From the NCBI RefSeq assembly GCF_902713615.1, contig NC_052153.1, positions 8,071,569 to 8,135,568 of the forward strand: 64,000 nt of DNA. The letters are read 5' to 3'. Origin of the DNA: Scyliorhinus canicula (taxonomy: Eukaryota). A program made the translations under genes and the position numbers. A model generated the notes under the pieces. That model saw only the letters and a program-made list of their open reading frames with translations. It was not told where the DNA came from and did not search any database. This document shows positions 1-10,965 of this stretch, in pieces. Within the stretch, counting starts at the first letter, position 1. The number at the start of each line of letters is the position of its first letter.

Positions 1-566
1 ATTTCAACCTGGCGCTGTTAGCCTACAGGGCGACTCCTTTGTCCACTGGGCTGTCCCCAGTGCAGCTCCTATTGAACCGCACACTGCGAGCGACAGCGCC
101 GGCTATCCACATTCCGGACCTTGACAACTTCCCGGTCCTACAGAGGATGCAACAGTCTCGGGCCCAATGCAAGCCAGCGTACGACACCCATGCCACAGAT
201 CTCCCTGACCTGGTCCCTGCTGACCGAGTCCGTGTTCAGCTACCTGACAGTGGCTGGTCCGCCACAGCTGTGGTGGTCAAGCAAGTGGCCCCGAGATCGT
301 TCCTCATTCACATGTCTGATGGCTCCTTTCTTCGGCGTAATAGGCGGGCACTGCGTAGACTTCCACGCCCGCCACCTAACCGTGATGTCCCGCCTCGCAC
401 ACTGGTTCCTCAGGACACGCCCTTCCAGGAGGCCACCGATCTGCCAGTTATTCTACCGACCTCTACATTGGAGGCAGTTCCGCCCATTCCAGTGCAGGCG
501 GCCCCTGACCCACTCTTGAGGCGGTCAACCAGAATTCGTCGCCCGCCACAGAGACTCAATTTATAG
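1..566 (+). mobile_element. Gypsy-type LTR retrotransposon, 3' end of pol (integrase C-terminus), inside an ELP1 intron
   Basis: Reading frame LALLAYRATPLSTGLSPVQLLLNR...RSFLI...FLRRNRRAL...RRSTRIRRPPQRLNL is typical of Ty3/Gypsy integrase tails; followed by a PPT and LTR. Confidence 0.85.
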
Positions 567-772
567 ATTGCATGTTGCATTACTTTGTTATCTCATCGTT
601 TACACATCTGTACATATTGTTTTTTTCTCATGTGTTATCTGCCCTCTATCTGCAATAGATACCTTCCCATGTAAATAAGTTAGCATATTCTGTATATAGT
701 CAGGCTCCCGTACACATACTCACTATTTATTGACCTGAACACATTTTTTTTAAAGTGGGGGGGGGGAAGAGA

Positions 773-1172
773 TGTCATAATATACATCCAGGTATATGAT
801 GGTGTGCAGACAGGCGGTGATTGACACGCAGGATGACCAGTAAACACACAGAACACAGCAGCCAATCACCAGATAGGACACGGCCACTATAAAGCCAGAG
901 GGCACTAGTTTTCCTGCTATCTCGGGATCCAGCCTCTGAGACGGTCAGAGTTCGTGAGCAGCAACTAGAACAAACACCATGCGGTAGTCAGATAGTCTGG
1001 GCAGGTTAGCCTCAGGTCTCCAGTCAAGTCAGCATAATGTCAACCCACAGTTAAAGCATGTATTATAGTTAAGTGTTCAATAAAATCGAGTGCATTTCTT
1101 CAAGTGTTGGAAGCCTGTCTCTCTCTCTACTGCAGTAAACGCAGTCCTCGTAGACCCAGCATACTCAACACA
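773..1172 (+). mobile_element. 3' LTR of the Gypsy element
   Basis: Polypurine tract at ~752-772, then TGT start; CCAAT 862-866, TATAAA 888-893, AATAAA 1079-1084; ends ...CAACA(CA), so the end is uncertain by 2 nt. Confidence 0.75.
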
Positions 1173-1324
1173 CCAACAAGGAAATGTTCTATCCTTCTGT
1201 TGTATTAAGTATACTGTTTGGTATTTTCACTATATTTAAATTGTGTGTATTGTGGGGGGGAGGGGGGTGGTATTGGTGAAATAGAGATAGCCATTTCAAA
1301 ACATTTTTCTTTTGTTTGTTGTAG

Positions 1325-1403
1325 GTACTTGGTCCTGATTCGACTGCAAATAGCATCACTGCGTCCTTCGGGCACCCGAGGAATGGGGCGGTACCTCATC
1401 AAG
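1325..1403 (+). CDS. ELP1: Elongator complex protein 1, penultimate coding exon
   Basis: ttgtag|GTA acceptor and CAAG|gtctgt donor; translates VLGPDSTANSITASFGHPRNGAVPHQ, resembling human ELP1 VLGPNSTANSIMAS; phase 1 matches the next exon. Confidence 0.9.
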
Positions 1404-1619
1404 GTCTGTGTGAGGCATATCATTCAGTGGCACTTATAGCAAAACGTTGGATTAAAGCTCCATACAAAGCTGTACGCATACATGTACCGCTTTGAGAAGG
1501 CAAGACTTTATTTAGAAACAGGCCTTCCCTTGCAGCACAATTATTTTACTCTGAAAGGCAATTTTAAAAATGACGTGGGATTTAGAATCTTTCAGTCTCC
1601 AGAATCTCCCAAAAAGTTT

Positions 1620-2150
1620 TACATCTAATGGATACGATTAAGTGCAATCGCTGTTGCAATGTAGGAAACGCAGCAAGCTCCCACAGACAATGTGATAGAA
1701 ACAGAAGAGCAGCATCTATTTTCGGTGTTGGTTGAGAAATGAACATTGGCCAGGACACTTTAATAAAAGCAAAATACTGCAGATGCTGGAAATCTGAAAT
1801 AAAAGCAGAACGTTCTGGAAATACTCAACAGGTCTGGCAGCAACGGTGGAGAGAGAAAAAGAGAGGTAGCATTTTGAGTTGAATATAATTCCTCTTCAGA
1901 ACTGAACATCAGTTCTGAAGCAGTCATATTTGACGCGAAATGTAACTGGTTCTCCACTAATGCTGCCAGACCTGCTGTATTTCCAGCACTTTATTTTAAT
2001 TACAGCAGAGGGGAGTCCTGATCTTCTTCAAAATAGTGCAGCGGAATCTCTCATCGTCATCTGAGAGGGCAAATGCGGCCTTGGTTTAGTGTCTCATCCA
2101 TAAAGTTAGCACATAGCACCCGGGAGTGTCTCCCTAGATTATGCACTTGA
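1620..2150 (-). mobile_element. Deu-domain SINE (SacSINE1/AmnSINE1-like), interrupted by a Penelope-derived insert
   Basis: Minus strand carries the Deu-like pieces gtgtcctggccaatgttc..ctcaaccaacac and ggatgagacactaaaccaaggcc..ccctctcagatg; boundaries approximate. Confidence 0.55.
1760..2000. mobile_element. Penelope-derived inverted-repeat element with a degenerate hammerhead core
   Basis: Inverted arms (gctggaaat...caggtctggcagca vs tgctgccagacctg...atttccagca); decayed CTGAAG..GTCA-tatt-TGAC..GAAA at ~1911-1947. Confidence 0.5.
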
Positions 2151-2221
2151 GTAGAAAACAGTAATATTTGGAATTTAAGAGATCTAGCTATCTGTATAAA
2201 ACATTACAACTAGAAATTATT

Positions 2222-2673
2222 GGATTAGATTGGATTTGTTTATTGTCATGTGTACCGAGGTACAGTGAAAAGTATTTTTCTGCATGCCGCTCCAACAGAT
2301 CATAGTACATTAAAAGAAAATAGTAATAGGGCAACACAAGGTACACAATATAAATACAAAGACACTGGCGTCGGATGAAGCATACAGGAGTGTAGTATTA
2401 AGCAGATCAGTCCATAAGAGGTTTGTTTAGGAGTCTGGTAACAGTGGGGAAGAAGCTATTTTTGAGTCTGTTCGTGCGTGTTCTCAGACTTTTGTATCTC
2501 CTGCCCGATGGAAGAAATTGGAAGAGAGAGTAAGCCGGGTGGGAGGGGTCTTTGATTATGCTGCCCGCTTCCCCCAGGCAGCGGGAGGTGTAGATAGAGT
2601 CAATGGATGGGAGGCGGGTTTGTGTGATGGACTGGGCTGTGTTCACGACTCTCTGAAGTTTCTTGCGGTCTTG
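2222..2673 (-). mobile_element. Rex1/Babar-like LINE 3' fragment
   Basis: QDRKKLQRVVNTAQSITQTRLPSIDSIYTSRC...HPAYSLF..LPSGRRY...RLKNSFFP; short repeat tail. Confidence 0.75.
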
Positions 2674-3186
2674 AAGAGAGTGAATTGTTACAAGTGTCAG
2701 TCTGAACGTCAGAGCATTTCGGAAGAATTGTGATTTTATTTGAAAATCCAATTTATTCTGTATTTCTTGAAGGGGTGGTTAATATTTTACATAAGCTGTG
2801 AGTGCTGACATTGGTGAAGTAGCTGGTGAGAGGAGTGAATGAAACCTGCCCAAGTGAATGTGCAGTGTTGAAATGATACAATCTCTGAACTTACTGTTCT
2901 TGGCAATATCTTTATTCCTCTGAGGTTTAGTTCCTCTGATCAGCTTCTCCGAGGTGTCGCCCATTATTCATCATGATAATGAACAGATTGGAGCAAATCA
3001 ATAAAAATAAGGTCACACTTGCTTATTCCAGCTGGGTGAAATACATTTTTAAAAAGACTAAAAATCGAGTTGGGTTTTTAAACAAGGGTAACCTGGTAAG
3101 AAAGGTTCTGTTGGTGACACGCTATCACCTCTCATTATACTGATCCATTATTAATGTCTGATTTTTTTCTTTCCCCCCCCCCCCAG

Positions 3187-3248
3187 ATGAAATTTTTGAC
3201 CCTCCTAAACTCAATAAGAATGTACAGTGGAAGCTAAATATTCTATGA
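3187..3248 (+). CDS. ELP1: Elongator complex protein 1, last coding exon
   Basis: Polypyrimidine tract plus cag acceptor; (D)EIFDPPKLNKNVQWKLNIL* resembles the human ELP1 end [20 protein letters not shown]. Confidence 0.9.
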
Positions 3249-3642
3249 AGGGACGCCATTGCGCTGCGATGCAATCTCTGGATCGCCCATCACAGCACCA
3301 CACGCACATCTGTCAGTGTTGAGCATTCCAAAGACGAGGAAGGCTTGTGAAAAGGGATAGCCACGGTGAATGGCCATCAGGATGCCATCAGCTTCAGAAT
3401 TATGACTGAGCACACGACTGTGGGTCATTGCGACAATCAGAACTGACAAACCTGTATTCGGAACTGACGCACCTGTAACCAGAGGGCAAGAGATGCTTCT
3501 GCCAGTGTTGTATAGTTTGGTTACAACGGTGATGGCAGTATGAAATGATTTTGAACAATTTAATTGCCACATAAAAAAACTATTGAAAATCTTGATGTAG
3601 TAGATATTACTTTCTTGTCATATTTCAGAACTGCATGTGGGA

Positions 3643-3868
3643 GGGCAGCACGGTGGCCTAGTGGTTAGCACAACCTCCTCACGGCGCTGAGGTCCCAGGT
3701 TCGATCCCGGCTCTGGGTCACTGTCCGTGTGGAGTTTGCATATTCTCCCTGTGACTGCGTTGTTTTCGCCCCCACAACCCAAAAATGTGCAGAGTGGGTG
3801 GATTGGCCACGCTAAATTGCCCCTTAATTGGAAAAAATAATTGGCTAATCTAAATTTTAAAAAAAAAA
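3643..3868 (+). mobile_element. tRNA-derived V-SINE, short A-rich tail subtype
   Basis: A/B boxes (tggcctagtggtta; ggttcgatccc), V-domain gtgtggagtttgca, A tail, ~15-bp TSD agaa(c/g)tgcatgtggga. Confidence 0.85.
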
Positions 3869-4182
3869 AGAAGTGCATGTGGGAAAGGAACATATGTGAT
3901 TATGGGCGACTTTAATCTGCATCTCAATTGGGTGACACAAATTAGTCCCGGTACAATAGAGGAGGAATTTCTGGAGTGTATATGGGATGGTTTTCTGGAC
4001 CAGTATTTGAGGAACCAACAAGGGAATCTTGGACTGGGTGTTGTGCAATGAGAAAGGATTCGATGGCAATCTAGTTGTGAGAACCCTTGGGGATGAGTGA
4101 CCATAATATGGTAGAATTCCTTATCAAGGTGAATAGTGAAGTACTTGAGTCTGAGACCAAGGTCCTGAACCTCAATAAAGGT

Positions 4183-4385
4183 GATGTGGAGATGCCGGCG
4201 TTGGACTGGGGTGAGCACAGTAAGAAGTCTTACAACACCAGGTTAAAGTCCAACAGGTTTGTTTCAAACACGAGCTTTCGGAGCACGGCTCCTTCACCTG
4301 AAGAAGGAGCCGTGCTCCGAAAGCTCGTGTTTGAAACAAACCTGTTGGACTTTAACCTGGTGTTGTAAGACTTCTTACTGTGCTC
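4183..4385. mobile_element. Non-autonomous Penelope-derived palindromic insertion
   Basis: Perfect 83-bp inverted arms 4213-4295 and 4303-4385; flanking direct repeat (ctc)aataaaggt; same sequence family as the termini of the GIY-YIG element at 33575-34267. Confidence 0.8.
4295..4329 (+). ncRNA. Putative minimal type I hammerhead ribozyme
   Basis: CAC-CUGAAGA-A-GGAGC(cgu)GCUCC-GAAA-GC-UC/GUG: conserved core, 5-bp stem II, palindromic AGCU stem III, 3-bp stem I. Confidence 0.6.
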
Positions 4386-5199
4386 AATAAAGGTAACTAT
4401 GATGGCAAGAGGCATGAGCTGACTATGACGGACTGGGAAACATTACTGAAAGGAAGGACAGCGGACAGGCAATGGGAGGTATTCAAGGAATGAATAGGTG
4501 AACTCCAAAAATAATTTATTCCTATTTGGTCAAGAGTAGCAAGGGAACTGTGGCCAAACCATGGCTTACAAGGGAAATTAGTATTAGATTCAAAGAGGCA
4601 TACAAAATCGCTAGAAAAGCAATAGACCTGAGGATTGGGAACAGTTTATAATTCAGCCAAGCAGACGCAAGGGATTGATGAAGGGGAAAATACAATTTGA
4701 AAGTAAGGGCTAGCGGGGGAACATAAAAACTGACTGTAAAGGTTTCTACAGGATTGTAAAGGAGAGAATATAATTAAAAACGAATGTAGGCCCCTTACAG
4801 TCAGAAACAGGGGAATTTCATAACCAGGGAACAAAAAAAATGACTGAGGATCTAAATTCATGCTTCGCTTCTGTCTTCACAAAGGAAGACACGGATAATG
4901 TACCGGAAGTTCTGAGAAACACAAGTTTTAGTGAGAAGCTGAAAGAAATCAGTATTATTAAGAAATGGTTTGGGGGAAATTCATAATAATCTTTATCATT
5001 GTCACAAGTAGGCGTACATTAACATGCAATGAAGTACTGTGAAAGAAATAGTAGACCCATTAGTGGTCATTTTCCAAAATTCTTTGGACTCTAGAATGGT
5101 TCCGAACAATTTGAAGGTTACGAATGTAACCCCGCTATTCAAAAAGGGAGGTAGAGAGAAAACAGGGAACTAAAGAATTGATTCCTGGGATGTCAGAAC

Positions 5200-5555
5200 T
5201 TTTTTTTAAATTTGTTCATGGGACGTGGGCATCGCTGGCTGGGCCAACACTTATTGCCCATCACTAATTGCCCTTGAAGGAACAGTTAAGAGTCAACCAC
5301 ATTGCTGTGGGTCTGGAGTCACATGTAGGCCAGACCAGGTAAGGACGGCAGATTTCCTTTCCTTTCCACATTAGTGAACCAGATGGGTTTTTACAACAAT
5401 CGACAATGGTTTCATGGATATCATTAGATTTTTAATTCCAAATTTTTATTGAATTCAAATTTCACCATCTGCAGTGGCGGGATTTGGACCCGGGTCCCTA
5501 GAGCATTACCCTGGGTTTCTGGTTACTAGTCCAGTCACAATACCACTACCCCACT
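5200..5555 (-). mobile_element. Second tRNA-derived SINE family; other copies ~22512-22830 (+), 43060-43655 (+), 52070-52795 (-), 60495-60770 (-)
   Basis: Recurrent ggtctggagtcacatgtaggccagaccaggtaaggacggcagatttcc...ttagtgaaccagatggg block. Confidence 0.65.
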
Positions 5556-7319
5556 GTCATATGAGAGTCCTAAGTCGGTTAGGATTATATTCATATGAGT
5601 TTAGAAGAGTGAGAGGGAATCTCATAATTTATAAATTCTTATTCAGAAAGAATGTTCCCGATGGGTTGGGGCATCCCAGAAATTAGGGTCATAGTTTGAG
5701 GATCAGGGGTACACCTTTTAGGACTGAGGTGAGGAAGAAATTTCTTCACCCAGAGAGTGATAAATCTGTGGAATTTTGCTACCACAGAAAGTAGTTGAGG
5801 CCAAACATTGTGTAATTCAAGAAGGGAATTAGATATAGCTCTTGGGGCTAAAGGAATCAAGGGGTTATGGAGAGAAGGTGGTATCAGGGTATTGAATTTG
5901 ATGATCAGCGATGATCATAATGAATGGCGGAGCAAGCTCGAAGGACCGAATGGCCTCCTGCTTCTATTTTCTATGGACGGGAGCTTCCAGACTCATTACG
6001 CTCTCACTCAAGGGAAACGAGGTCGATGAATAACGGGAGGACCCAAAAACGAGATCCCTGCCAGGCATCAAACAGTTTAGGATGCAGCCAGACCACTCCA
6101 GTAGGCGGTCGGCATCTCGCCATAGCATGCTGAGAAACCAATTATCACCATTTAAGCCCCATTTCCATACAATTAAGGAGAGCCGCTCCTTATCCAACGT
6201 CCTCCCATCATTCAGTGGCCTCCCCAGCAAGTGCTCACACTGGCACCAATTAGAACTCCTTTTTAAAGGCGCCGAGGTCCCAGGTTCGATCCCAGCTCTG
6301 GGTCATTGTCCGTGTGGAGTTTGCACATTCTCCCTGTGTTTGCGTGGGTTTCACCCCCACAACCCAAAAATGTGCAGGCTAGGTGGATTGGCCACACTAA
6401 ATTGCCCCTTAATTGGAAAAAAATGAATTGGGTATTCTAAATTTATTTTTTAAAAACTCCTTTTTAAAAACGTGAACCTGGCAGAAGGGCATCCTCCCCA
6501 CCCTCCCAGGGTATGTCGCATCACTCCAGGGTGCTGGGACAGTGTCAGCACTGTCAGCGGGTCACTGTCGAGGGCAAGGGGATGATGATAGCCCGCTGAG
6601 TGGTACTCCTCAATCTATTCCGTAATCTGACCCGTTGTCTGTTGAGTGCTCACTACACGCCCATATCACCTCCACGCAGTAATGCATTGTGGAAGAAAGT
6701 GACAGGTGCATCCTATTGGTTGTGCACAAGTGTTTATTGTTCAATACAGGTCCCCACTCTCCCGATGGTGCAGCACACAGAACTCCCTCCCGCGGTGCCC
6801 TCAGTGATCTTCGATGTGCTTTGCTCTACCTCTATGTGTAGGTGTCTCCCCAGGACGCACGTGAGATGGAGGCAGCCAGCTGCTTACCTCATCCCGTGGC
6901 TTTCGATGTCCCTGGCGGGTGTCCTCGAAGGCCGGAGGGCCCCGGCTCACTTGACGACGGCAATGCATAGCGTGCCGCCCTGTCCCGTTTCCTGATCCCG
7001 ATAAGCAGCCTCGTCGGGGTGGGGGCCGGTGGCCCCGTCACTACTCTATGGAATAGGCGTGCTTAGGCACCGAGAGCCCCTTCCTCCTGGGTGGGGCCCT
7101 GGGATCCATCTTGGGACAGAGAGGCAGCTGGTTCGAGCCACTGCATCATCTGGCTCTTTCAGCCCTGGCAGTTCCCCAATGTCTGCATCATTGTGTCGGT
7201 GCCTGGGCAATGCGCCTCAGTGAGCTGTGGTAGCTCTGCAGCCCTCGGCAATGCCCACCTACAACTGTGGAGAGGTGCAAATCTAGCGGTGCTGCTTGTC
7301 CTGGATGGTGTTAGGCTTC

Positions 7320-7860
7320 TTTTTTTTCAATGTTTTTAATGAGGATTGTTTGTAATACAGAACAAAGATAAGCGTTGTCAGACATTTAAAAACAAAAGAA
7401 AAATAAATATATATACGCACTGGTCGTCTTCTGTTATTTAGATCAATTATCTTACATTATTTACAGTGGTTACAGCTTGCTTGTTGTTTTCCAGTAGGTG
7501 TTTGGCTCTAGTTGGTTCCACTGCACCCCTCTTCCTGACCCCCCCTCCCCATCAGGCATGCCTTCTTTTCTCGTCAGCTCTTATGTCCAGTTCCAGTTGG
7601 GTTGGCGTGATGCCATGTATTTTATTTGCTAGGCGTGGTTGGACTCCATGCTTCTTTATCCCCCCCCCCCCCCCTCTCATTGTTACACTGTGGCTATCCT
7701 CTCCCTTCCTTTGGTTTATGGCTACAAACAGACCTTGTAACAACTGGGTGAATGGCTCCCATGTTCTGTGGAAGCATTCTTCCGACCCCGACTGGCAAAT
7801 AAAATTTTCTCCATCTGGAGAAATTCCGATAGGTCGGACAGCCAGTCTGCAGCTTTGGGT
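7320..7860 (-). mobile_element. L1-clade 3' fragment
   Basis: Minus strand FHRTWEPFT (ORF2 C-terminus) followed by a 3' UTR and an A-run. Confidence 0.55.
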
Positions 7861-8047
7861 GGTGAGGTGTCAAGCTTCTCGTGTGTTCTTGGAGCTGCAC
7901 TCATCCAGGCAAGTGGAGAATATGCCATTACACTCCTGACTTGTGCTTTATAGATGGTAGACAGGTTTTGGGGCCAGGGTCAGGCAGGAGGTGTGTAACT
8001 GCAGGATTCCTAGTCTTTGGCCTGCTCTGGTAGGCACAGTATATATA

Positions 8048-9187
8048 TAATGATAATAATATTTATTGTCACAAGTAGGCTTACATTAAACACTGCAATG
8101 AAGTTACTGTGAAAATCCCATATTCGCCACACTCCGGCACCTGTTCGGGTACAGAGGGAGAATTCAGAATGTCCAATCCACCTAACAAGCATGTCTTTAG
8201 AGACTTGTGGGAGGAAACCGGAGCACCCGGAGGACACCCACGCAGACACAGGGAGAACGTGCAGACTCCGCACAGACATTGACTCAACCGGGGATCAAAT
8301 CCGCGACCCAAATCCGGCATATGGCCAGTTCAGTTTCTGATCAGTAGTAACTTCCAGGATGTTGATAGTGGCACCTACCAACTTTTTAAGCAAAATTGTA
8401 CATTGGTTTTCATGTTGGTTTACATTTGTTTACAGCAGTATTTACAGTATTCTGAGCAAATACTTTTGCATTGTGTTTTACAGTATGTGTACAGGGTTCG
8501 ATTTCCTCTCGTCCATTCACTTTGTTTGTACCACAAGCTTGTGTGATGTCGCTGACTGTTAGCTCAGCTTTCAGCCAGAACCAAAATATCTCAGGGTAGC
8601 TCTGGCTTTGCAAGATCGACCAATCCAGATGGGAGTCAATCTGACTCTTCAGGACGTTACTCATTGATAATGCCAGCAGGGAGAGAGAGGCCCAGGATGT
8701 CTGACAAAAAGAGCTATCAATTGTGGATTTTGCCTAAACTGGTTTGAAAAAACAACACATCATCCAGAGGCACGGGTTCAGAGACCGATGTGCACATGGG
8801 GTGACCTTCTACGCCAGGTCCTTTTAAAAATAAATTTAAGAGTACCCAATCGTTATTTTCCAATTAAGGGGCAATTTAGCATGGCTAATCCACCTTTAAT
8901 AATAATAATCTTTAGTGTCACAAGTAGGCTTACATTAACACTGCAATGAAGTTACTGTGAAAATCCCTTAGTTGCCACACTCTGGCGCCTGTTCAGGTAC
9001 ACTGAGGGAGAATTCAGAACGTCCAATTCACCTAACAAGCACGTCTTTCGGGACTTGTGGGAGGAAACCCACGCAGACACGGGGGGAAGAACGTGCAGAC
9101 TCCCAACATGCGCAAGCGACCCGGGGATCGAACCAGGGGTCCTCGGCGCCACGAGGCAGCAGCGCTAATCACTGCGCCGCCGCGCCG
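8048..9187 (-). mobile_element. Cluster of V-SINEs (8048-8310, 8820-8897, 8897-9187) with a LINE remnant between them
   Basis: V-domain plus tail ttcacagtaacttcattgcagtgttaatgtaagcctacttgtgaca on the minus strand. Confidence 0.7.
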
Positions 9188-9286
9188 TCCCTTCTACGCC
9201 AGGTCTGAGCGCACAGAGGGTAAAACTCGCCAGGGAGGAAGGACAGGTCCCCAAGAAAACAGACCCAAGAGCTGGTTTGGAAATGC

Positions 9287-9292
9287 TTTATT
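9287..9292 (-). terminator. Polyadenylation signal of the ACTL7A-like gene
   Basis: TTTATT on plus (AATAAA on minus), ~150 nt after the stop. Confidence 0.6.
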
Positions 9293-9439
9293 ACAGCTAA
9301 TGACAGTTAAATGTTGCGGGGGGGGTGATGGGGTAGTAGAAGTGATGGTGATAAATTTGATGTGTTATAAAGTAGGGAACGATTAAACTATGGGGTGGAT
9401 GGGGGGGGGGGGGGGGGGGGGGGAGAGAAGAGATAAAGC

Positions 9440-10965
9440 CTTCAAAAACACTTGCGGTAGATAACGAAAGGCCCCCGCTCGTCGTAGTCCCTCTTGCGGA
9501 CCCAGAGCTGCTGGAAGGACTTGAGGGAGGCCATGATGGAGCCGCCCAGCCACACCGAGTAGCGGCGCTCGGGGATGGCGTGCACGGTGGGGTTCATGCC
9601 CTGCTCCATCTTGGTCATCTCCCGCTGCAGGCGCTCGGTGAAGCCGTCGAAGAGGGTGGAGCCGCCGCACAGCAGGATGTTGTGGTACATCTCGTACTTG
9701 AGGTTGCTGTCGCACAGGTCGAGGCTGTGCAGCGCCAGCGAGTGGACGCCCGGCTCCTTGGAGCCCAGCAGCGAGGGGTTGAAGAGGGCCTCGGGGCAGC
9801 GGAAGCGCTCCTTGCCCACGGCGATGAGGTGGCCGTCGGGCAGCTCGTACTCCACCAGGCAGTCGTTGGCGTCGAGCGCCAGGTCGCGCTCGAAGTTGAG
9901 CGCCGTGTAGCAGCACTTCTTCTTGATGTCCTCCACGATGTGGAGCCCCCTGTCGGTGAAGCGGTGGCCGGCCTCGTTGAGCATGCGCAGCAGGTAGTCG
10001 TTCAGGTCGGCGCCGCCGTAGTCGGCGCGCCCGGTCACGTGCGGCATGTTGTAGCCCTCGTGCACGGGCACGGCGTGCGTGACGCCGTGGCCGCACTCCA
10101 GCACCAGGCCGGTGGTGCGGCCGTACGAGTACAGGCTCAGGATGGACTGGTAGGCGATGTGCATGGCGGGCACGCTGAAGGTCTCGAAGAGCAGCTCGGC
10201 CATCTTCTCGCGGTTGGTGGTGGGGCTGAGCGGCGGGTCGGCCAGCATGATGGCGTGCTCCTCGGGCGCGATGCGCATGACGGACTCGAAGAGGTGGGCC
10301 CAGATGGCCTCCACCGCCTCCCAGTCCACCACGATGCCGTGGCGCAGCGGGTTGATCAGCTTGAGCGGCTGCTCCGAGCGCGCCAGCTCGTCGCCCACGT
10401 AGTTCTCCTGGCGGTTGTCGCCCGTCTTGGCGCTCATCTGCAGCGGGCGGCCCACCACCGAGGAGAGGACGGCGGCCGGCCGCGGCTGCCCGGCGTAGCC
10501 CACCTTGCAGTAGCCCGTGCCCATGTCGATCATCACCGAGCGGATCTCCTTCAGCACCTTGCCGCCGCCGCGGGCCGAGCGCCCGCCCTGCGACAGCCGC
10601 GAGGTCGACTTGTGCGGCTTGGCGGGCGGCGGGGTGCCCGTGCCCGCCTTCCTGACCGGCTGGCCCGGCGGCCTGGTCACCATCCTCCTCCGGGACCTCC
10701 TCTCCTCCTCCCCCTCCTCCTCGCCCGCGGCGCGCGTCCTGGGTTCCAGCCTGCCCGCCCTTCCCTCAGCCCACTCCCACACTTCCACACACACACCGGA
10801 CGGCCGGCGAGAGACACGCAATGGGCCCGGGCCGCCCGCCGCTAACCTTTTTGTAAGCGGCCCGCCGCTGTCACCAGGGCGACCGGACACTGGGCTATTG
10901 GCGGGTCACCTCTCCCCTCACAGCCGCCCCCTCAGTGACGAGCGGCGGGCACAGTGACGCCCGGC
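9440..10965. promoter_or_regulatory. CpG island covering the whole ACTL7A-like ORF and its promoter
   Basis: Very high GC and CpG density against an AT-rich, CpG-poor background; minus-strand TACAAAAA 10848-10855, CCAAT 10897-10901, TGACG half-CRE sites 10936 and 10955. Confidence 0.75.
9442..10683 (-). CDS. ACTL7A: Actin-like protein 7A-like, intronless, 413 aa
   Basis: ATG in strong context (aggATGG) at 10683; actin fold with DMGTGYCK, AKTGDNR, NPLRHGIVVDW, IAPEEHA, DPPLSP.TNREK, MHIAYQS, IVEDIKKKCC, YRKCF as in recalled mammalian ACTL7A; tail-to-tail with ELP1 as in human. Confidence 0.85.
   Translation of the reverse strand: MVTRPPGQPVRKAGTGTPPPAKPHKSTSRLSQGGRSARGGGKVLKEIRSVMIDMGTGYCKVGYAGQPRPAAVLSSVVGRPLQMSAKTGDNRQENYVGDELARSEQPLKLINPLRHGIVVDWEAVEAIWAHLFESVMRIAPEEHAIMLADPPLSPTTNREKMAELLFETFSVPAMHIAYQSILSLYSYGRTTGLVLECGHGVTHAVPVHEGYNMPHVTGRADYGGADLNDYLLRMLNEAGHRFTDRGLHIVEDIKKKCCYTALNFERDLALDANDCLVEYELPDGHLIAVGKERFRCPEALFNPSLLGSKEPGVHSLALHSLDLCDSNLKYEMYHNILLCGGSTLFDGFTERLQREMTKMEQGMNPTVHAIPERRYSVWLGGSIMASLKSFQQLWVRKRDYDERGPFVIYRKCF

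Larger units (their letters stand above)
3871..5970 (+). mobile_element. Degenerate CR1 LINE (ORF2 endonuclease to 3' end, deleted), with nested insertions
   Basis: GDFN, LGMSDHNMVEF and NVTPLFKKG motifs; CR1-type tail gaatggcctcctgcttctattttctatg. Confidence 0.75.

Noticed and set aside
3618-3893. Recurrent short ORFs such as LGHCPCGVCTFSPCLRGF or FFQLRGNLAWPIH
   Set aside because: Translations of multi-copy SINEs, not a gene family
4087-4415. Two opposite-strand ORFs with the same peptide (EHSKKSYNTRLKSNRF...)
   Set aside because: Consequence of the DNA palindrome, not a gene
5975-7310. GC-richer block that may be a DNA-transposon remnant or exon
   Set aside because: No recognisable protein motif, TIR pair or splice-consistent exon that I can support
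9580-10845. 421-aa antisense ORF and other overlapping ORFs over the ACTL7A-like gene
   Set aside because: Expected shadow ORFs of a gene with extreme GC at third positions; no recognisable protein
10684-10890. 69-aa N-terminal extension in the 482-aa ORF call
   Set aside because: Starts at GTG and overlaps putative promoter motifs; the first ATG with strong context is at 10683
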